A stretch of 63,468 nt of DNA, the filler included, from Intoshia linei (Eukaryota > Animalia > Orthonectida), in NCBI GenBank assembly GCA_001642005.1. It is 5 parts of 5 records of this genome, joined end to end, with 100 filler letters (N's around TTAATTAATTAA, not from the genome) between each part and the next. Parts side by side here need not be neighbours in the genome. Positions count along the whole stretch, not along the records: positions 54,682 to 60,141 come from LWCA01001776.1; positions 60,242 to 62,102 come from LWCA01002496.1; positions 62,203 to 63,468 come from LWCA01002701.1; 2 more parts are not named here. One strand, given 5' to 3'. The translations under genes were made by a program, and so were the position numbers. A model generated the notes under the pieces. It made no database searches. It had not been told where the DNA came from and worked only from the letters and a program-made list of their open reading frames with translations. Below, piece by piece: positions 55,615 through 63,468 of this stretch (the first letter of the stretch is position 1; every line of letters starts with the position of its first letter).

Positions 55615-58600
55615 TTTTTTTGTATTTTGTTTATGTTGTTTCGCTTCAATTGTTACATTTATGAAATTCTCGAATTGAGGTAAATATTTCATTCTAAATA
55701 TATTATAATTAAAATGAAAGAAATGAAATGAAAGTTTAATATTACAGATGGGTGCAGAAAAGTAACATTGAAATCGGATTTGGGTCGGTTATATCAATTG
55801 CCTAAAATAAAATGTGCTAAAATAATGTATAAAAAATAATACCTCAATGTCATAATTAAAACCAACTGAACGCAAAGAAGATACAATTAAAAGTGCATTG
55901 TGTAAGCATTCCACAGGTGAACAAGGTTGTGTGTACGCATAAACCAGATAGTCATCAACCTATTTTTAGTTAAATTGATACAAAATAATTAGCGTACCAA
56001 AAATGTCAGATATTTGGCAATTAAACAAATTATCACAATTCCATCCATCAAATCATAATCGAAATTAACAATCCACCTAGTAGTTGTATTATCTAATCAG
56101 TAATAATCACATATTACATGTACTAAAATTACTTTCTTGTTTGTCTTTCCAAATAATCTGTCTTTGTTCATCATAAACACAATTTAACCAATGCAAAATA
56201 ATATTCTCACTAGTACTATAAATATTGCTGACAGCTGACAATTTATAAGAATGAGCATATTTTCCCAAATTATCAATGGTTATTTTTCCAATCACAAATA
56301 CCTAAATTTTATTATTAAAAAGTTTATTTAATCATATTAAATTTTACTTTTAATATTTGCATTAGTACATCAGACCAACATCTCTTTGACAATGTGTCAT
56401 AAATTTCCTCACAGAGAATTTCTTCAGTATAAATTGCTGATTGACCGGGATAATCAGAAAAATTACAATAAGGCGTAAAACCATTCTTGTAACGTCTATA
56501 CATAATTTTTTTTTGAATTATTTTCCAGTCGCAATAATTCACATATGTCATTAAATATTCTGGCTGAATAGCAGCGACACAACCACCATTAGATCTAAAC
56601 TTTTATTAACATTTACTAATACGAATAGTTAATACATTCCACAATTTACCTTATAAATGTTAGTAATGTTTGGTTTTGCCAGTAAATACACTTGATGTTA
56701 TCTTCAAAGTTATTTGAAATGGATTTGAAAGGTCCAATTCCCGGTAGTTCGTTTCCAGTTATATGAAAAATTAGTGAATACATTAAACTATTATTGTTAA
56801 ATTCTTCATTAGCTATTAAAGATTTCGTATTCATTGGATCCAGTAATTTTTTATTTTTTAAATGATTTACACCTTTTGAAAGAGCACTAAATTAAATTAT
56901 ATGTACAATGATGATTATTTTAATTAAATAATAATCTTAAAAAATAAAACATGTATAAAAGCAGCAATTAGATATAAATATTCAATATTTAAAAGAATTA
57001 ATTTTCCAAGCATTTGTTCACTTTATTAATAATCCTTAACTTAAATAAAATTGAATGTCTGTGTGATACTGTATATTTGAAAAATTGACAGTCGTAGAAT
57101 TTAAATAAACTTAATTTCTAACACAGTTTTTCCCAGGGCGTATTTATATCTATTTTTCAGTTTCCGAATATGAGTCCTTTATGTTCAAACATCCAATTTT
57201 CCCTTTTGTTTAAAAACCAAATCATACCATCAATTCATTAAAACATACAGTATGGGACACGTTTTAAAATCATTAACATTGTTGTAACTATCAGCTTCAG
57301 GAACACTTTTATTATTGCATTCATTTTTTTATAAAAATAAAAAAGTTCGCCCTCGGCAGAGCTAGGTGATGTTTGTACGAAGTAGAAACAATCAACCTAG
57401 TTTTCAATATATTTGATAGTATTTGATATAATTGATAGTATATTTTCAATGTTTGTAATGAGATTAAGACGATTTTATGCTATTGGTCATATTACCGACA
57501 ATCTTGCTTTAAACGCAAAGAAAAATTCATCGATTGAGTTAAACTGTGGCAATACGAGGATAAACATGAAATTCACATTTATCCTCTCTAAAAAATCAAG
57601 GATAATGCAAAATTTATAAATTATAAATTTTGAAATCAATTTGTACTCACATCCGACCGACATCCATGTGAATTAACATGTTTGCACAAAAATTATTAAC
57701 AGGTCAATTAAAAAATTATAAATTTACATTTTAGTGAGTGATAAAAAATTTTATATTATTTTTCAAACTGATGGTAATACAACAATATACATTGTACATT
57801 TTACAAATTCAATACACCAATAAAAGTGTTACAATTCATGCATTTAAAATTTAAAGTTAAACTTGAAAATTTCTCGATTTTTAGTTAGTGAAATAATTGT
57901 GTAAACCCAGGACGTCAAAAATTTAAAAAATGGGTATATTTTAAAAACTGTGTGCAATTGAAAAAAACACAAATTGTATCATATTGGTCAGCGCATTAAA
58001 CTTTAACCCATCTTTTTATGTATTGATCATAGCGGTGAATCAGATGTATTTTTTATTTCTCAATAATATATGAAAAACATGGAAAACTCTGAGATGCTTA
58101 ATATTGTATTTTGGTGGAATGCTGGCAAAGTAAAATAAATTTTGATGTATTAAAGCAGGTTGGTCCAAACACATGGCGAGTGATGGCCAAAAAATAAATT
58201 TTACAAATTTGGCGGCGGCAACATTAAAAAAAATTTTACACAATTATTTCATCACTCATTCAGACATTTCGTCAATCTAAGAATTTAAGAATAAATATAC
58301 ACAATTAATACAGAATTATTTCTAAAAAAATTAAATGATAGGTAATGTGGTAGTTATGATATTTCTGTAAACCAGTGTTTTTGAAACGGTGCACCCTGAT
58401 GCATTTTTGCGTCCCAGTAAATTTTATGTTTTTCCAGCTAAAAATTGGAAATGAGCTATATACCATTTCACAGAGTCAAATTAGATTTTATTTGTTTTAT
58501 TTTGAAAATAATTTTTTTCTTAAATTATTAAATTGTTAACTTGATAATAATGAAAAAATCTGAATTGTAATTGACACAACTCCAATTGTAGATTTTGTGA

Positions 58601-60905
58601 CATATTTTCAATTTATACATCCATAGAATTATTCAAAAGCTTTAATTTAGGTTTAATAGAATCAAAATCAGAAAATCTGATTCGAAATTCCACATCAATA
58701 TTCAATCATATATTTAATTTTAATTATTTACTCGTTTGGTAGAATATATTTCTAAATAGTTTCGCGGGCCACACACTTTTATTTGGTGGGGCATGCTTTG
58801 TACCACTCTGTATTAAAGTATATATAATTTAAAATCTACTTTCTAAAAGAATCTGGAATTGAGACCGGATTGATTATTCCTGGCCAACCATGACATGAAA
58901 ACCATTTTTCAATAGAAATAAGTGCATCAGAATAAAACATTCCCTCCTCGGTGTACTCTTGTGGAAAAAGTTGTGCTTTTATACAACGAGTTTCACTATT
59001 ATTTTGAATGTCATCATAAGAATCAGCCGTTTGAGGCCGAGAACATTCTCTTCCAGGTGTAGAACCCATCATTGGTTGTTTACCGTATTCGTCACAATAT
59101 GGCGTACCTAAAATAAAATATCATTAACAATATATGTTTCATATTTTAAAGTCATTAACTTTGGTTTTAATGTGTAAAAAGTAAAATAGGTAAAACATCC
59201 TAATTTAAAAATTAAATGTTCTACAATGTACTTTTAACTCTATTCGCCCGAAATGTTCAACAGCATGGTAAAATGTAACATAGAAACAGAAAAATTTTGA
59301 TAATAAATTGAATTTTTTTCTAAAACTATAACTGAAGACGTTAAAATGTCCATATCCCTAGTCAAGGAACATCAACTGGAATACTGATTTAAAACAAAAA
59401 AGTAAGATTATTTATAAATTAGCAAATTATATTAACAGTAAAGTAGATTGTAAAGCAACATGCTTCATAGTAATATTTTTTTAATTCATAAATTTCATAT
59501 TTGAGTTTCAAAAAATAAAAACTAGTAGTATACGAATATGGTATTAATAACACTAATATAAACCCTAGAATTATATTTATAACACACGTTGAATATAAAA
59601 ATGTAATTACTTGTTAATTTCATTCGAGAATGTATGGTAGACGAATTAACTGTAAAAGAATTGGAATCGCTCGTGTAATTAGAGTATAAAGCGTTTTCAC
59701 ATTTTTTAAAGCAAGTAATAGATTTATTGATATATACTAAATTGGGTGTGCCCCTAATTTCATTGTCACTTCCATTACAAGCTTCCCACTATATATACAA
59801 TATTATTAGATATAATAAATCCTAACTTATATAATATGCTACGCGATTTTTGTTTGTGTGTGTGTGTGTTCCACTTTATTTAAATAACTACCAGTCTTAT
59901 AATTTTATAGAGTTCACATTTTAATTAGTTTTTTCCGGGACATATAATAAGATAAATTTCAACCTGCCAATTTTCCCCCTTTTTGAAAATCAAACGAGTT
60001 GGAGAATTTAAAAAAATAAATATGCTGATACGGATTTTAAAATCATAAACATTATCATAGATTTAAATTTAAAAAAATTGTATCTTTAGGGCCAAAACCC
60101 CAAATTACCCTTCTTTTTTTAATGAAAACAGCCCTAGAATTNNNNNNNNNNNNNNNNNNNNNNNNNNNNNNNNNNNNNNNNNNNNTTAATTAATTAANNN
60201 NNNNNNNNNNNNNNNNNNNNNNNNNNNNNNNNNNNNNNNNNTTTCTTTCGTTTAAGTATCATTCTTGCTTTTGCTCCCATTAAGTTTTTGAGCATAAGTA
60301 ATTGTATCATCAATTTTTTCGGTTGATATCAATTTAATAAATTGTTCTGCTTCCTCAATCCAACATTTTGGTGGCATCGTGCATAGATTGTTTTCGTTTA
60401 GTAAATGTGGCGGTTTATCAAAATATTTTTCCATTGTAATTTGAGAGTAATTAATATGTAGTGAGGTCGTAGACCAAGGTCTTTGTTTAAAGTTTAATAT
60501 TAATTACGGGTTACAATATAATTGATATTCTCTTGATTCGTTACTAAATTTATTATATGTTGTAGTAAGTTTATTGTTATGATTGAATCATTACTGTATT
60601 TATATGATTTAAATACTTTTCATAGTACAGAAGGTACTCATTGAGTTCATTTATGATTTTAATTACTTTTGTCAGTGGATTGGTGTCTATTTTGAATTTT
60701 TTCAAGAGCCAATTAGTTTTTGTAACATCTATTATCCAATAAATGAGTAATCTGGCATGCAGAATACTATTTTCAGCAAATTCTACATTGTTATTAATAG
60801 TCTCCAATTGATTTTGTTATTATACTTTTTTTTAATAAATGTTGTTATATTCAATAATTTATCAGTGTTCATGAAATAATACGGAACATCGTATACAACG
60901 GAAAC
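55615..60905 (-). CDS. CFAP47: Cilia- and flagella-associated protein 47-like (partial; CH-domain region)
   Basis: WFSCHGWP, WSDVLMQILK, SNIYSTSENIILHWLN, WIVNFDYDLMDG, ECLHNALLIV, DITDPNPISMLL. Gene ends not resolved; gaps lie nearby. Confidence 0.75.
57033..57400 (+). mobile_element. Complete non-autonomous Helitron in CFAP47 intron
   Basis: A|TCC.. start, subterminal hairpin, CTAG|T end. Confidence 0.85.
59820..60141 (+). mobile_element. Helitron 5' part (cut by gap)
   Basis: A|TCCTAACTTATATAATATGCTACGCG plus GT microsatellite. Confidence 0.75.
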
Positions 60906-61872
60906 TAAAAAGATTAGCGCTAATTGAAATAATGACCTATTTGATATTTAATTTATATTTTATTATATTATATTTATTATATTATATTAGTATATTTGAT
61001 ATTTATATTTAGTATATTCATATAGTTTTAATATTTAAAATTTAAATTGAATGGATTTTAGTTCATTTATAGGTTACTAAATAAACATGTACATCATTAT
61101 TTGTGCATTGGATAAATGTGTATATGTAAATTTATGTGAACAGTTTGTTTTCATTTAGAATTTAAATTTTATGTTGAAATAATTAGATGCAAACATTATT
61201 TGTAATATACATATATGACGTATATGTATATTACGGCTGTTTGTTTTTTACAAAAATTGATTTTTGTAAAGTTGAATATACTCTATACCACGCTGAATAG
61301 GGTACTTAAAAACTAAAAATGACAAATAACCGGAAAAAAACCATTTGACATTTTAACTGTGCTATTTTTATTTCTACTTAACTATTAACATAACACTAAA
61401 CAACACACAATTTTACTTATAAAATATGAATATTAGAAGTAAAATTAAAAGTAGTATATTAAATTTGGAGCAAAATGATGAATCTTATTATCTCAATTGA
61501 GATCGTCAAAGTTGCTTAATTAAGCAATTAAAAATTAACAATAAAACCATAGTTTATATTGAATATTTTTTGAATAAATTCATATTCACTTTAAAATGCA
61601 TACATGTGATCTAATAAATATTAATAAATTTTGTAATATTGTGGAAAATGCATCATTAAATCCCAAAATAAATATCAAATAAAATTAATTAATTAATGGC
61701 ATTCTCACTGGCCCGACTATAGTGATATATAATATCACTATGAAGATTGAAGATGAGATTGATTATTATTTATCTATATTATCAACCTAAGTTGAATTGG
61801 CTTGTTCTATTAAAAGCTCTTATTTAAATCTTACTAATTATACTACAAATTCAACTTATCAAATTTATTTCA

Positions 61873-62102
61873 ATGCAGCTATCTGATATTATTTTGAAAC
61901 CGAAAGCTTTGTTAAACGACGTAGAAGAATTCAATGTTGATGTGAAAACTTGGATTTCTGAATTTGATGAATATATCTCACTTATTGATGCCAAAAATGA
62001 ATTATCGGCGAAGCAAAAGGCATTGTTGATGAAATCCTTCATGGGTCAAGCAAGACAGCGTCTTGACTCAAACGTGAAAACTGAAAGGTTTGTTGCTTCC
62101 AT
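61873..62102 (+). mobile_element. Possible retrotransposon gag-like ORF start
   Basis: F....K.WI.EF..Y...KALL....G.A pattern. Truncated by the gap; LTR not established. Confidence 0.4.
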
Positions 62103-62202
62103 NNNNNNNNNNNNNNNNNNNNNNNNNNNNNNNNNNNNNNNNNNNNTTAATTAATTAANNNNNNNNNNNNNNNNNNNNNNNNNNNNNNNNNNNNNNNNNN
62201 NN

Positions 62203-62600
62203 ATATAATACAATTTATTTGAACTTATTAATAAATAACCTTATTCCATTTATGTTTATTCCAATTTTCACAAGTTTTTGCCCATAAAAACCTTGTTTTT
62301 TTCATTGTCTCAGTAAGGAAGGGTTTTCTTGTTTTTTGGTAAGATGTGTAAGCTACCTCCAATAGTCTACGATTAACAGTTAGCCTTGACACATTAACAT
62401 TTTGAGTTTGTAATTTTCTAGAGATTTCAGCGCAGTTAAAATTTCTATTTTCTAAAGCTGTTCTGAGTATAACTCGGTCTGTTCTTTGATTCTTGCATTT
62501 TTTTACCATATCTTTTTCTGTATAAATTACTACTTTGTTGAGATTTCGACATATTTTTTTATTATAATGGATACAGCTGACTGAGACACACCACACATGG
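62203..62600 (-). mobile_element. Tc1-like transposase N-terminal remnant
   Basis: RTDRVI.R, VS..TV.RRL, RKPFLT..MKK.R..WAK...W....W.KVIY*. Confidence 0.85.
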
Positions 62601-63468
62601 GTGCAATTTTGTGTTGACTGTAATCAGATTTTTCTAGCAATAAGATTATATGATTTTTTGTTTGGGAAGAAATATCTTTACTTTTGCCCATTTTAAATTA
62701 TGAAATTTTGAATTTTAAAATTAAATTTCTAAAAGAAAGCGATGTTAAAAATTATAATTTAACTAATATATGTAACTAGCAGGTCAATAAATCAGATTAT
62801 TATGATATTTATTCACTATGATACATATTTTTTAAATGCGCAACTTTTCGCGTATGCACTTAAATCCATTCTTACTACGTGTACATTAATTTTGAAAACA
62901 ACCATATTTCTAATCGATGTAATACTTATCGGTAGTTATTATTTAGATCAAACATTTTATTTAGGTTATAATATACAAAAGATATGACGATAAATATAAA
63001 ATTTTGACAATTATTTTAATCTTATGATCAACCCTGTATGTTAATGTGATTTAACACTAACATCAACATTATTGACATCAGGGATTGGAAATAATTGATT
63101 GCAATCAATTATTTTGTATAAACCAATTATTTTTTGCTAAATATGAATTTTTCAATTAATTGATTTTTTTGCAATTAATTGAAAAAGGAAAAGATAATTT
63201 TGATTAATTGGTTTTTTCATATAACTGAAAAAATATAAATTGAATTCTTTTCTTGAATAGTTTGATAAAAAAATTAATTAAATTTTTATGTAGTTCAAAA
63301 ATTAAATTTAATCATTATACACTAGAATTTATAATACAATATTAAGGTGTCAAGTTGACACTGTCAACACTCGTTGTAGCGTATCACAGTCTCACCATGC
63401 TTTATTTATCTCCAGAAAAAATTTATTTTCAAATTTAAAGTAAGAAATAAAATAAATAACATAAAAAT

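Overview
Very AT-rich eukaryotic (animal) genomic DNA with many tiny (~35-45 nt) GT-AG introns and a dense load of DNA transposons. It has four artificial N/TTAATTAATTAA/N scaffold gaps. Apparently intact spliced genes: a small bZIP factor, a DBH/tyramine-beta-hydroxylase-like copper monooxygenase, a cathepsin D-like aspartic protease, a small single-TM protein (COX14-like?), DCAF7/WDR68, ASCC1 head-to-head with a strongly diverged RPS10, and TAF1. A CFAP47-like gene is only partly traceable. The 35-45.5 kb interval is a cluster of broken gene copies (BiP/HSP70, SUN-domain, PRPF18, a NOVA-like KH gene, a Ginger/GIN-type integrase). Mobile elements recognised from their ends: non-autonomous Helitrons, a Mutator-like foldback family with 9-bp TSDs and fixed asymmetric tips, piggyBacs with subterminal palindromes, Buster-type hATs and MITEs, pogo/Tigger, mariner (one with a rebuilt long inverted end) and Tc1. 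The style suggests a fast-evolving, reduced parasitic metazoan such as an orthonectid (inference only). I found no clearly new multi-gene system. The best leads are the unusual transposon architectures, the pseudogene cluster and apparent domain losses in TAF1, ASCC1 and eS10. All gene models were spliced by eye, so exon limits are approximate.
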